64,000 nt of DNA from assembly GCF_000315625.1 (NCBI RefSeq), contig NW_005434616.1, positions 124,001 through 188,000 on the forward strand, read 5' to 3'. Shown piece by piece: positions 1 through 12,692 of the stretch. Position 1 is the first letter of the stretch, and each line of letters begins with the position of its first letter. This stretch comes from Guillardia theta CCMP2712 (lineage: Eukaryota; Protista; Cryptophyta). The position numbers were made by a program, and so were the translations under genes. The notes below the pieces were generated by a model that saw only the letters and a list, made by a program, of their open reading frames with translations, was not told the DNA's origin and made no database searches.

Positions 1-36
1 GGTTGCGGCTGGTTGCCGGCACCCGCCCGCATTAAT

Positions 37-1642
37 ATGCTGTCGTTGCGACGGATAGGTGAGATATGAGATGCCGGCGAAGAAGAAGAAAGAGGAGGAG
101 GAGAAGGACAGAGAGAATGAGCAACAGAAGGAGAGAGAGAGAGAGGGGGGGAGAAAGGGAGGGAGGGAGAGAGAGGGAGGGAGGGAGAGAGAGAGAGAGA
201 GGGAGGGAGGGAGGGAGGGAGGGAGGGAGGGAGGGAGGGAGGGAGAGAGGATGAGAAGGAGAGAGAGAGAGAGAGAGGAGGAGAGGAGGAGGAGAAGTTA
301 GAGAGAGTATGATTTGGAGAGGGAGAGGACGAGAAGAAGAAGGAGGAGAGAGAAGAGAGGAGGAGGAGCAGGAGGAGGAGAAGGAGGAGGAGGAGGAGGA
401 GAGAGAAGAGAAGAGGAGGAGCAGGAGGAGGAGGAGGAGGAGGAGGAGAGAGAGGATGAGAAGAGAAGGGGTAGAAGGAGATCCCTCTTATGGTGCAATA
501 TCGATCTCTTACCTTGATGTGAGCAGCTGTGACCACAAGGAATCTCCCGTTCTCCACAATCCAGGGAATCAGATCCCTTACAACCAAAGCATCCTACAAC
601 AACATCCTTGTCGAAAAGCGGGGGAAAGTTGCCCTTCTTACATTGAACCGGCCGAAGGCGCTCAATGCTTTGAACAGCGAATTGATGTGATCTTGGTTGT
701 GTTTGGCATGTCTTTGGTCTGACATCTTTTTAGGAATGAACTGCAAGATGCTATGAGCACCTTGGATACCGACTCAGGCGTTGGGGCATTCGTTCTCACA
801 GGTGTTTCTAAACCGTGTGCCACCTTACCAACACAAAGCTTGACAGGGAGCGAGAAAGCATTTGCGGCAGGAGCGGATATCAAAGAGATGTCTTCCAAGA
901 CCTTTGTTGGTATTATCCCATGTGACCTTTGAGCTGTCATTCACTCGTCATCGGCAGACACTTACAAGGGGAATTGGCTGTCTAACTGGGGCTCTATCAG
1001 CCGACTCAGGAAGCCCATCATTGCTGTGAGAACCGCTTTCCTGCCTCCTCGTCTTGCACTCAGAGTGCACTTAGGCTGTGAACGGCTACGCTCTTGGCGG
1101 TGGATGCGAAGTTGCCATGATGTGCGATATCATCTATGCGGGGGACAACGCTCGTTTTGGACAACCAGAAATCACGATAGGGACCATTCCGGGAGGTGAG
1201 GAGCAGTGAGGGAACAATTGAGAATGACACCGGGCGCAGGGGGAGGGACACAAAGACTTATTCGTGCGATCGGCAAAGCACGAGCCATGGAGATGATCCT
1301 GACAGGAGAGCAGATGACAGCAGAAGAGGCGTTGAGGTCTGGCCTCGTTGCCAAAGTGTTTCCAAAGGAGGAGACGGTTGCCAAGGCGATCGAGACGGCC
1401 GAGAAGATTTCTTCCTTCTCACAGAATCACGTCATTATGGCAAAAGAGGTGAACGAATCTCGTGCCGTGTTCACTTCTGAATTCGTTTGCTGCAGGCTGT
1501 GAATCAGGCCTACGAGGTCGGACTACAGCAGGGACTGCTCTTCGAGCTCCGATCGTTCTGGACTACTTTTGCCACGGAAGATCAGAAGGAAGGGATGGCT
1601 GCATTCATCGAGAAAAGGAAACCAAACTTTCGAGACCAGTAA
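37..1642 (+). CDS. ECHS1: Mitochondrial-type enoyl-CoA hydratase (crotonase family), multi-exon
   Basis: Spliced by eye: MLSLRRI|[20 protein letters not shown] (presequence-like), then [103 protein letters not shown]. Stop TAA at 1640-1642. Intron 1 (GTGAG at 59) holds the purine-rich repeat. Confidence 0.93.
85..480 (+). repeat. Purine-rich low-complexity tract (GA, GGGA, GAG microsatellites) in intron 1 of ECHS1
   Basis: Runs of gaga, ggga and gag seen directly. Confidence 0.9.
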
Positions 1643-1715
1643 GAACCCAAGGTCAAGATGGATGGTTTGTTGAAGATCGTAGGTATGGAATACAAGAAAT
1701 GAGACATTCAAAGCA

Positions 1716-3541
1716 TTATGGTCGTCTCCATTGGTAGGGCGACGAATCTAGTGACCCAAGGACGTTCACGCTTGGCTCTCCTGGTCCCCTCCACTTGTAA
1801 GGCTCGTCCTTCAAGCCTTCAACCGGGTTTGCCTCCGGTACTGCGGCACCTTTCCACTTGTAGGGGGAGTCGTCCAATGCGTCAAGAGGACTCTTGTCCG
1901 GCTGTACTCCCTTCCAGACGTACTTTGAGGCGTCAAGCGCGTCCAAAGGCGACTCATCCTGCTGATAGCCTCCCCACTGATGTACTGAGTCATCCAGGCT
2001 GTTCAGCGGGCTCTTGTCAGGAGCTCCCGGGCCTTTCCACTGGTATGTCGAGCTGTCCAGGTCCTGGAGTGGATAGGTGCCGTCCGGTTGATACGCCTTC
2101 CAAACGTAGCGGTCAGAAGCGAGGCTGTCAAGAGGGGACTGGTCAGGCACGTAGGAGTGCCACACGTGTGCCTTGTCACTGAGTGCGGCAAGAACGTTGC
2201 TCGGGATCTCTTGCTGCTTCCTCCACTTGAATGGCTCAGAGTTCAGAGCATCCAGAACATTCTCCTGGGTTGCATGTCCCTTGCTCCATTCATGCGCCTC
2301 CGAGTTAAGACTTTCCAGTGCGTTCAACTCCGGGGTTTGTTTCCTCCATTTATGCGCATCGCTGGGCAAGCCATACAGCACGTTTCCTTCCAGCTCATAC
2401 TTGTGCCACTTGTGAGCCTCGTCTGGGAGAGAATCCAAAACGTTAGGTGACAACTTTTGCTTCTGCCATTGGTGTGCCTCGGTGGGCAGGTTTTCCAGCA
2501 CCTGAAACATGAAGATGATCAGCACATAATGAGAATAAGCATGTGCATTACATTGTGGTACGGCTTCAATTTGTGCCAAACTACAGGCTCAACTTTCAGG
2601 AAGTCAAACAAATGATTCGATCCAGGCTGTTCAATGCAGGTCACCAAGAGCAGGCAAGTTATTTCACAGGGAGAGCAGAAAGAAACGAGGAAAGACGATG
2701 TGTCACCTTGTACTTGTGCCATAGCACAGGCTCCACTTTCAAATTCTCAAACACTGCCGGGAGAACTTCTTTGTTCTTGTGCCACCTCCAATTTACCGTT
2801 GGATACAAGGAATCGATCATCTTCCATTTCGATCAGCCCTCTCACATCCCATCTATAATCGTTACCTTCATGGGAGAAAGCTTCTCCCTCTCGGCAGTGT
2901 CATGGTTCACCATTCTCAACTCCTTGTTTTCCCTTTTCAGCTTCGAGATCCTAAGCTTTGCCAACGCGATCTGTCTGTTCAGCTTGGACATCTTGTCATT
3001 GGCAGGCTCGCGTTTCTCACGCAGCGTTTGCACTCTTCCACGTTTTGCCTGCGACTCGTCGAACACATTCTCTTCGGTGTCCCCGCACGTTGTCGAACAG
3101 TCCTGCGGAACTCTCTTGTTCTTCCACACATGCAGAGGGTTCTAAAGCAGTGTCAGGACAAGTCTGCTGCTGCAATATGCCACACCTCAAGGTCGGCAAA
3201 AGGCGACTCGTCCTCTTCGAATTCATGCCATTGATACTCCCCTGCCGCAGGATCGTCCGGGTCGAGCTCCTCCAACTTCTGCTTTCGGACTCCTACGGGC
3301 AATCAGAACAGCAGGGCAGCGCACAGAGCGACGGGATACCTGTCGCCTTCTTCACAGCTCGAGGATGGTAGGTAAGCTGGTTCAGGATAGAAGCTTCGCT
3401 GTTGCCAAGCACCCAAGGTGTTCCCTCCTCTTTCTGAGCAAGAGACAAAGCGGAAAGGCTTGTTGAGGCATACAGGGAACAGCCCAAGAGCAGGGCGAAG
3501 GCAGAAGCGGAGAGGACGAGATAGACACGCCGCATACCCAT
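1716..3541 (-). CDS. Secreted protein with about 18 Trp-anchored ~20-aa repeats and a short coiled coil
   Basis: Signal peptide MGMRRVYLVLSASAFALLLGCSLYA. GT-AG exons join in frame: ...GEYQWHEFEEDESPFADLE|NPLHVWK...coiled coil...|MIDSLYPTVNWRWHK..ENLKVEPVLWHKYK|PGSNHLFDFLKVEPVVWHKLKPYHN|VLENLPTEAHQW, and the last exon has 13 repeats ending PYQWRRP*. Confidence 0.8.
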
Positions 3542-3639
3542 ACACTCCTCAATCCAAGTCCATCCAACAACAGCTGGCAACCTGCAGCAGTGTTAGAAGT
3601 CATTCAATCATCAATCCATCGCTCTTTTTCTCTTGTGCC

Positions 3640-4400
3640 TGATAGATTCTCCTCTTTCCTGTCACGTCTTCTTCATCATCTCCCTCTGATGTCCCCGATC
3701 TCTCTGCCCCTGTCTCTATCTCTGTCTCTGTCCCTGTCCCTGTCTCTGTCTCTCTCCTCTATCACATCTTTATCTTCTTTTCCAAGTTCTCCCTTGCGTT
3801 CGCCCATCCTTCGCTTTCACCAAGCAATGAAGGGTCAGAGATGTCTTTGCTAGCCTTTCCCATCCCAACCCCCTCATGCTCTCTCTTTTTATAAGTTGTA
3901 TCTTAGTAAATTACTCCTATCCTTCTACCCCTGACCCATGCCTGGAATGGTATGGTCAGAGGGGGGAGGTGGTCCTCACTCCCTCTATTGTGTTCTATTC
4001 ATGGCGTACGCTACCGAGTCTTGTCCTCCTTCATGCCCCTGTGCTCGTTTTGTCTCCTTCCCGTCTCCTCTCCTTCCCGTCTCCTCCCCTCCCCTCTCTT
4101 CTCCTTCCCCTCTCCTGTCCTCTGCCTCTCCTGTCCTTTCAGTCTGCTCTCTTCCTTGCTGCTCTCCATCTTCTGCTCTTCTCTTCGTTCTTTGCCTCCT
4201 CTTTGCTTTGCTCCCTTGTCTCCCCTGTCTGTCTTGTCCTTGTTCTTGTTCTCCCCTGTATTCTCTGTATTTCACCTTGCATGTTTCCCTCCTTCTTTGT
4301 TGTTTGTTTGTGCATGATTCGAATTGTTTCACCAATTTTCGTCTCACTCATACTATATTCGATCTTTCCTTCCTCCCATCTTTCTTGTCTCATGCCATCC
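3640..4400. repeat. Pyrimidine-rich (CT/CTCTGT) low-complexity intergenic region
   Basis: CT-rich tract; the ORFs here are low-complexity L/S/P translations. Confidence 0.75.
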
Positions 4401-4679
4401 TCTTACATTCTGCACTCACTATCATGATGGCAAAAGGAGAAGTCATACAAGAAGGGCAAAAGTAGATGAGAAATGAACCATCGAATGCGTTGGAGTGTGA
4501 CGAAAGTCGGGAGGCAAATTGTGACTATGCCGTTTACGTGATGATTGAGATGCACGGGGGAAGAGGAGGAAGGGGACAAAGAAACTTCTAGTCAGAGAGC
4601 ACGATGAACTACCTGATTGAGCATGAACAAGCTAACAGCCACTTGGGCAGGACGAGGAGGGTCCGATGTTTGCTATCCT

Positions 4680-5721
4680 AGTGAACCAGGAGAGTCTGGT
4701 CTGGCTCAGAGGAGGGCACGGCTTCGTGTACACGGAGCCGAAGATTGCTGGTGATCCTCTCCATCAGCTTTTTCTCCTCGCTGACCTCCACCAGGGGACT
4801 GCTACCTCGCCCAAGACGGGAGTGGGTACGTCCTCTGCCCCATCTCCCGGGCAAGCGTCATGGTCAGTCTTGCTCCCCTCCTTCTCCTCCTCCTCCTCCT
4901 CCTCCTCCTCCTCGTCATGGATCTTTTCAAGCTGACGTTCGTTGGCAGACCTTCCATGGCGATCTCAAGGTTTCTGTTTGACCCCTTGAGATCTTCCTCC
5001 CCTCTCCTCCCTGGCCGAGGGAACTTGTGTATGATAGCATTCACCCTTGCGCACAGACCTTGCCGCTCTCAGTCTTTTGCTCATGATGTCTCGGCAGTGA
5101 TATCTGGTGCTCTTGTTGGCTCGATTAAAGGATCTCATTCAAATGTCTCTATAACTATCTTGATGCTCGCTGCGACTACAACCCTCCATTGTTCTCTCCT
5201 AGATCCTCTATCGCCATGGTCGCCGCTGACCGCGCAGCCACCGAGGTCCTTCCGCAGCACCTCCCCCATCCTCCTTCCACCTCTTCCTCCCACCTCTTCC
5301 TTCCTCACCCTCTGTGCGCCTCCCTTCCTGTCCCCTTGTAACTAGCACGTTCACACAAACCTCGCCCTTGTCCCACCAGATCCCCGATCCTGCTCTTTCT
5401 CATCTTCCCGACTTCACTTTCCCGCTCCTTCCCCTTCATCTCCCTCCTCCTCCTCTCTCTCTCTCTCTCCCTCCCTCCCTCCCTCCCTCCCTCCCTCCCT
5501 CTCCCTCTTCTTTCCCTCTCCTCCTTTCCTTCGCCATAGCCTTGATCCCCGCATTTTAGACCGCAGCGGACGCATCTCGAGGATAGAAAAAATGAGGTGC
5601 CGATGATGGTGCGTGAGAGGGGCGTGAGGCGACGGGGGGAAGAGAAACCAGCCAGGGGCTGCGGGGGTTGAGGGAGGAAGAAACAGGCCATGAGGAGCGC
5701 TCTGATGTTGACCATCGCCAT
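4680..5721 (-). CDS. Possible small hypothetical multi-exon gene
   Basis: Plausible exons (YHCRDIMSKRLRAARSVRK; RGEEDLKGSNRNLEIAMEGLPTN; VEVSEEKKLMERITSNLRLRVHEAVP) flanked by GT/AG. The 5' end is unresolved and there is no recognisable domain. Confidence 0.25.
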
Positions 5722-8700
5722 GCTGCTTGCTGCAGCAGAGACTGGGAGAGGAGGAGAAGGATGGACCGGAGGGTTGAGAATCCTCCATGGAGAAAATTTG
5801 CAAGTGCGAGGTATGGTGCAACATAGGAGGACGGGCCTGTTAAGCTCCTATCCTGCTCTGTGTATCAACAGGAACCTGCTCAGGGGAGGAGGCGAGTCAG
5901 AGGGCTCGGGTGAGGAATGGAAGGCAAGGTCGAAGAGGAAGTCCAGGTCAGGGGATACGGAACTTGGGAAGAAGAAGAAGAAGAAGAAGATCGCAAGGGA
6001 TGAAATCTCGGAGAAGGCGGCAAAGCGAAGAAAGAAGGAGGAGGATGAGGATGAGGAGGAGGAGGAGGAGGAGAATGATGGTGAGAAGGACAAGATGGCG
6101 GAGAAGAAAAACAGGAAGAAGGGGAAGAAGGAGGACAAGGTGAGGGTGAAAGGTGCAGGAGAAAAGCTGAGCATCAGGGACGGAACGAGCATGTCCAATA
6201 CGAGGAGCAAAGGAGGCGATGAGGATGAGAGCATGGCAACGGAAGAGGTCGAGCCTAGCTCCTCCGAGGCATGGCACCCGTCCTCCGAAGTTGTTCCTCT
6301 ACAGACCAAGGGCGGAGAGCATGGAGGTCGCGCCGACGAGGAGGGAGCAGAGGAGAGCATCGTGAACAGATGGTTTGACTTGTCGAGTCCTCAGCTCATG
6401 GAGAAGAAGTTGATGAGAAGGAACGTGGACGCGATCGACAGACGTTTCAAGCATGTGATGGTGGGTAAGGTCGAACAGAGCAGATACCCCGGGCTACAGG
6501 TCAAAGTGCCCCTGCAGACGCTCATCAACCGAGCGGATGTCGGGGACCTCAGTGCAATGGCGGCGGCAGGTGGCGCATCAGGTCACCGAGGAGGGAGAAG
6601 GCTGATTCCTCTGCTGCAGGAGCTCGCGTGCTGCTTTGTGAGGAGGACGTGGAGAACGTCACGTTCCCAAAGCTGCCTGAAGAAGTCAACGTGACCTTGG
6701 AAGACGAATTGGGCGACCTGGGGAAGCTGGCTTACTTCTGGATATGGAAAGGAGAGGAGGGAGGCTGACGCTTGTCTGACTTGCCTCCAGGGAGGCTGCG
6801 CACAGGAACGAGAGCACCGCTCAGTACTACCTAGGGATGTTCTTCCTTCAAGGTCTTTGTGACTTGTGCTGGGCGCAAGGCTGAAGGCTCCTCAGGCTAT
6901 GGTGCGGATGCCAACAACGCGACCGCCGCTGCCTGGCTAGCGCGATCAGCGAAACTTGGGAATCCATGTGGGATCTTTACGATGGGAAGGTGTTGGATGG
7001 AGGGGATCGGAGTGCGAAAAAATGAAAGCAAGGCGCTGGAATGCTTCCGACGATCCGCGGACATGGTGCTCTTTGACTGGTCTATGGCTACGAGTTGACT
7101 GGATGAATGCAGGGTTGGCTCGATGCGATTGACATATATGCGAAGGCTCTCTACAATGGACTGGGAAGAAACGAGTCGAATCCTAAGGAAGCTGCGAGAT
7201 ATTTCATGACGGCTGCCAAGAATGTGAGTCTTGAATTTCCACCACCACCACCTCCTCCTCCTCCTCCCTTTCCCCTCCTTACCCGCGCCTACTCCATGAG
7301 TCTGATGTAACTTTCAGGGAGTGATCGACGCTTGGTTCCACTTGGGGTGCATGTTCTTTGATGGGTTTGGAGTACAGGAAAGTCACTCAACGTCCCTTCG
7401 ATGCTGGAGGTCAGCTGGACTGTCGCGATTGTCGTGGGCTTTAAGTCATACGTGCCTTGCAGAGAAGCTGCTCGGTTGGGGCATGTTGACTCGAGTGTCA
7501 ATGTTGGGATCTTTTACCGGGAAGGCTACAAGGTCGTGAGGAGATGTAAGGGCTCAAGGTGATGGTATGTTGGCAGGTGAAGCAGAATGATAAGAAAGCC
7601 TTCTCATGGTTCAGAAGAGCAGCTCTCAATGTCTTCTCACTTTCTCTGTGAGCCGTCTCTTGCTGACTGCCTGCAGGGCTCGCCGATGGGTGCCAAGTTG
7701 GCTGGCCTCATGTGCCAGGAAGGTAGCGGAGTGTCAAGGGCAAACAAGCACAGAGCAGCCAAGTACTTCGAGATTGCGGCGAAAGGAGGCGATTCAGACT
7801 CGCAGTACACCATGGCTGAGTACCTCTGCGAGAATGAGACGGCAAGGGAAGTTCGACGAGATTATATCTTGGACCTCCTCACGGTGACTTTGTATAGTCT
7901 CGTCCCCCTCCTCGTAACGCCAACTCCAGGACTCTTCGTCTCAAGGACATCGAGATGCGTTCTTCCGGCTCGCAGAGTGAGACATCCACTCAATGCTGTG
8001 CAAGCCATTGATGGGGGCAAACAGAGAACTGAGGAGAGGCGACGCCAACGACTGCAAGAAGGCGAATGACATAATAGTCGAGGCTGCAGATGCGGGCGAT
8101 GCTGACGCCATGTTCGTCAAGTTCAAATGGTGACTGCAATGACAATCTTGATTCCTGCTTGACAGCTTGCAAGGTTGTTGGAAGAATATCTCGACTCCAA
8201 CTCCGCAGAGAAGATCCATCTCTACGATTCGTGCGAGTGGCTTCTCCGAGCGAGCCGGCAGAATCACTCGCTCGCACCTCACCTCCTCCTCTTCCTCACG
8301 CAAGGGGACGGGGGGCCCAGCTTTCTGTCAGAGGTTGAGCTGGACAACAAGAAGCTCGCGGACGAGCTGAGAGAGTTCACCTCCTCCTTTGCTCGCAAGC
8401 AGGCAAAGAGCTCAAGTGCAGGGAACTTCAACTTCTCGCACCTGACCCCCGGCATGTTCATGTCGCTTCCCAACAAGCTGAAGAGGGCAGAAGAGACAGA
8501 AGGCAAGAAGTCTCCGATGCTGGCGGAAGACTTGATGAGGAAGGCAACCAAGTACAGGGGCATCGACGCAGGCACTCAGAGTCCTCTCGAGATGTTGATA
8601 CGAATGAAGAACCTGCACATGTCCTTCAAGGTGAGCAGGCGAGACTGGGAGCCGCAAGTGACTCTTTCCTCCTGTAGACCATCTCCGCCGTTCTTGGTCA

Positions 8701-8926
8701 TAAAGTCCTAACTCAGTCAGAGATCCTGAAGAGAAGCGAACAGCTGCTGCGAGAAGGGAAGCCTCCGCCTACCGTTTGGCTGGGCACCCCGGGTAAAGAA
8801 GAAGAGGGTTTGAGCTGTACTTGCTGACGTCTCTTGGCAGTGAAAGTGGGAAACGAGCTCTCAGATTACTTGAGTGAAATCAACGAGGAGGTTCAGAGAC
8901 GGTACCTCTCGTTCGGACGCCGCTAG
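5690..8926 (+). CDS. Sel1-like (SLR/TPR) repeat protein with signal peptide, LRGG-ending leader and K/E-rich N-terminus
   Basis: Signal peptide MRSALMLTIAMLLAAA; NLLRGG at aa 62-67. Sel1 repeats: AAAWLARSAKLGNPCGIFTMGRCWMEGIGVRKNESKALECFRRSA, YAKALYNGLGRNESNPKEAARYFMTAA, AWFHLGCMFFDGFGV, AGLMCQEGSGV..AAKYFEIAAKGGDSDSQY. Last exon ends RYLSFGRR* (TAG 8924-8926). Confidence 0.85.
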
Positions 8927-9049
8927 AATTTCAATCGCCTCGGGCGAACGTCACGAGGCACAACTTGAGCACAGTGAGGAAACTCAAAGACGGAGTTTGT
9001 GACTTTGGGAACAAGAGGAGAACGGATGTATTGAAGGAGAGCAGGCCTG

Positions 9050-11561
9050 CTACAGGGCTACTTGTACTCGCAGGTGGCTGTAAAATGTGGAGGTTATGTT
9101 GCTCCAGTATGAAATGTTAGCAAGGGCCGCCGCAGCCCGTGAGCTTGCTTCTTCTTGCTCGCTGTCCAGCAGACCTGTTAAGGCTTTGATTGCTCCTTGC
9201 TCCTTCAACAACCTAGAAACGCGTACGTCATGCAAAGTTGATGAGCAGCGGCAGGAGCGTACGAGTTTGCAAATCTTTCTTCTTTTGCCATGTAGAAAAC
9301 GAGTGTTGCTATCTTCGATTTCGTTCTGATGCTCAGCATGGACGAACAAAGGATAGCGGCTAATTTCTCAGCCACGCCGTGTGCTTCCAGCTCGTTGCTG
9401 GTTGTTCAGTTAGCAGCAGTTGTATCAAGACAACTTTCCTACCACAGGTGGGCCAAAGTCTCCTCGTCCTCCTCGTTTGTAGGGCCAATAAAACAGCACA
9501 AGGGTAGCAACCCGTCGATTGCTCCCTCCATGCCTGCACCGTGAAATGAAGTCAGCAGAGGCATGGTCACAAGTCACAGGGAAAGTGAGATCATGTCACG
9601 CACTCACACCTTTAGGTTCCATCAGCAGGTTGCTGATGGATTTGATGACATGATTACCCAACAGCTGCTTGAGAGAATCAAATGTTTTCACTCGTCGACC
9701 TGCCACGACAAGCTTGTGTGAGGCAGCAAAGTGATGGGAGGGCAAAGGCACATATTCTCCTTGCTGCAGAAGCTCTCTCTGCAATTGATCCTGTAGAGAT
9801 CGCAAGAACCTGTGCAGTACATAAAAAAAGACATGGGAGTGCATGAAATGAGTCACGTTGTTTTCCAGCAGTTTGGTCCGCATCGAAGCTGGTACGGACG
9901 TGCTTGTTCCCTGCTTCTCAAAATTCAGAAGAGAAAGTCACATCCGAATGTCAGCTACATGCTCAGCAGCTGGTTGATCGTCATGGAAAAGCGCTCCTGC
10001 ACCTACTCCATCGCTCTTGGTATATTCAGAGATCACTTTCACTCTTTGTTTCGGCATTGCAGTAGAAAGCGGATTCGACTGCTTTGACGGCGATGATTTA
10101 TGCGAACTGAGGCTTAGGTATCAACAGATGGAAAGCCGGCATCTGCATCATACCCTTCGCTATTGCGAGTCTTTGAAGGACTCTTGGGCTTTGACGTTCT
10201 GATGGGAGTAGTTTGACTCGAGAGATCCTCACGACTGTCAGCTTTGGTCTCCCCCGGCTCTGCTGGATGGAAGAACTCTTGAAACATGTCATCCAATGTT
10301 TGAGCACCGTGGCCGGATGCTAGAAGTAGAGTCAGACCGCTTCGATGCATTCGGCCATGAAACCTGCGCTCCCCTCCTGAACATGGAGAACAGCTGCAGT
10401 GTCATCACTTGGATTGACATCGCTTCTGTTTCTTCTTTAGATAACACCACATAGCCATCAGCACCACCTCATCTCCACATGTGTTGACATTTCATGGCTG
10501 GATATGCCCCTGTGATGTTGCTCCTCCGGCCACGGCAAGGTGGGTTGATGTGTATCGGGTTTGACCTGCTCGTTTTTGTTCAGCATTGAACCTCCAGCAC
10601 ATTTTTACCTCAAAGTTCTCAAGTCTGGATTCATCAAGTGTTGCTTGTGGAGTCTCTGACGGCTTTGTTTCTACCATTTCAATGGAATTCAGATTCAGCT
10701 CATCACAAGGCTTCACTCTTCACCTTCCGCTTGGCTTTCAACAGGATAGATTTCGAAGTCAACGTCCTGTACAGACGAGATCGGACGAGCTTCACCGAGA
10801 TGAGCACCAGCATCGGTTCTGAAGTCTTGGTGTGCTGTGTGTTGCTTCATCGCGTGACCGTCCATATCGGGGTCGCTTGACTGGGCAGCAGTTGCAGGAG
10901 GGAGCTGCTCGGAACTCGCTGCCATCGAGACATGGCGAGCTTCACCCGCAGTGATGTCTGCGATCTCAGTGCTCGAGAGACTCGGAGACTCATTGCTGGA
11001 CAGGTCGGGAAGCTTTCGCTTTGCATTCGTGGGAGCACGGTCCTCAGCAAACTTCTTATTTTGTGGGGTTGAACAATCTTCCTTGTCCGATGCTGTGGAC
11101 GATAACGTGAAGTCTTGCTCCTCATTCTTTCTGAATGCAGTAGAAGAACGTTTCGGTTTCTCTTCTGCACTTGTGCTCCTTGGTGCCCATTCCAGCTCTT
11201 CCGCTTCCTCCTATTCTCAGGATCAAAACAAAAATCACAACAGCATAAGTCACCTGATGTTTCTTCCTTGACTCCAGCAGCTTTTTGAGCTTCTCGTCCA
11301 TCACGATCGGTGAAGGAATGGCACAGGTTGATCTCTCACTGAATGCTACAGCAGGCTGATAGGCTGAGCCAGAACCTCTCGATTTCCACTGATTCCTACT
11401 TCACAATATCCCCTCCTCGTCACATTGCAAACAAACAATCTCAACGATTCACCTTTTTGTCTTCTAAGTTCTGTCAAGAATCGTGAGATGAATCACATTC
11501 GACATGCCGGAACAAGTCGCTGCTACTCTTCACTTTCCCCATCGTCGCATTCCTTCGCCAT
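9050..11561 (-). CDS. Armadillo-repeat-containing protein with disordered N-terminal region
   Basis: ARM-like LLKEQGAIKALTGLLDSEQEEASSRAAAALANIS and helical segments upstream; many short introns. Start MAKECDDG at 11561 is tentative. Confidence 0.55.
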
Positions 11562-11840
11562 CTGGATTTTGTTGCTACCGAAGCGTTGAACAGTCATACC
11601 CTGGAAGTTCAACAAGCATCAAATCCTGTAAGAATGGTGGGAAAAATCTCTCTAGTATTCATATTTAAACCACAGAATTTCATCAAAAAACCCAAATTCA
11701 TCGATTAGGACACCCCTACGGGAAAATGTTCAGAGTAGGGCTGAGCTGCCACTACCACATGCTTGGACCCGCCTCAGTATAAAAATTTCAACCTTACAAA
11801 AATATGTCCTGGGGCAGGCCTGTTCTGCACCCACAAGGCT

Positions 11841-12620
11841 ATGGCAGTAGTGCGCCCCGTGGTTGTGGACATGAGGCAGGGGGAGAAGGAAGTGCGAGAG
11901 ACGATGCATGCAGCGCTGAGAGGCTCCCAGCCATCTTCCCCCATAGTTGCTCTCGTGAACTATGGCTTCGAAGATCTCTTTCGCAATGCTGTCTCTGCTG
12001 CTCCTCGCCCCGAAGGATCCGGCGAAGCGTGCGTTCCAATCGCCTTGGACTATCTGGAGGAGGATGTACGGCACGAGCTCCAGGACTCCTTGCTCGCGCT
12101 TTGTATAAGGATCTGCAACATACTGACTGATCACAAGTTTGACGAAGAGCTCAACACACGAGGCATGACAGTAGAGGGCTCGCTCTCGCTGCGCTTCTAC
12201 TCCAGTGTAGTAGCAAACCAACTTTTGGAGGGCAGGCAAGACTCTTCGCACGCCTGTCCTCTACTGGGACCTCACGTGGATGGAAATTTTCTGACTTTCC
12301 TGTGGTCGGATGGGGTCGGTTTCCAAGTCCCCGGCCCTCATTCTCGCATCAAACCGGAGGATATCGCTGGTATCGGGATCCCCTCCTTGGGAATGGCGCC
12401 GTCCACTGAGATGGAAGAAGAGGACTGGGCAGACGTTGTGAGTGTGAGAGACGCTATCCTGATGTCCGTTGGCCAGGGATGGTTTCATTCCTTCCTCCAA
12501 GGCCTCTACCCAGGAGTTCCGTGCCCGGTCCTGCATCGGGTGGCAGTGAGGGAGCGAATGGCGAACGATAGGTGTAGCTTCCCCTTCCTCGCTAAGCTTG
12601 TGAGTAAAGACAGTCCTTAG
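11841..12620 (+). CDS. 2-oxoglutarate/Fe(II)-dependent oxygenase (IPNS/DIOX-like), intronless
   Basis: LSLRFY, LGPHVDGNFLTFLW (HxD), GFQV, VLHRV (distal His), RCSFPF (RxS). First in-frame ATG at 11841. Confidence 0.8.
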   Translation: MAVVRPVVVDMRQGEKEVRETMHAALRGSQPSSPIVALVNYGFEDLFRNAVSAAPRPEGSGEACVPIALDYLEEDVRHELQDSLLALCIRICNILTDHKFDEELNTRGMTVEGSLSLRFYSSVVANQLLEGRQDSSHACPLLGPHVDGNFLTFLWSDGVGFQVPGPHSRIKPEDIAGIGIPSLGMAPSTEMEEEDWADVVSVRDAILMSVGQGWFHSFLQGLYPGVPCPVLHRVAVRERMANDRCSFPFLAKLVSKDSP

Positions 12621-12692
12621 CCCAACAGCGTAGAACTTTCCGCTTTCACTTCACATCTATTCACAAGTCTCAAGTTCGATGCACCTCATGCG

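Noticed and set aside
59-722. R/E/G-rich ORFs at the window start
   Set aside because: Translations of intronic microsatellite within ECHS1.
3293-3345. Cys-rich segment LCALPCCSDCP in the secreted repeat protein
   Set aside because: Lies inside the first intron (GT..CCCGTAG).
3590-4465. Hydrophobic 120-180 aa ORFs resembling membrane proteins
   Set aside because: Products of CT-rich low-complexity DNA, open in several frames, with no domain.
5305-5721. Head-to-head overlap of a minus-strand plastid-like leader (..LAG-FSSPRR) with the Sel1 gene start
   Set aside because: I could not splice it in frame to downstream exons and it runs into microsatellite; likely an antisense shadow.
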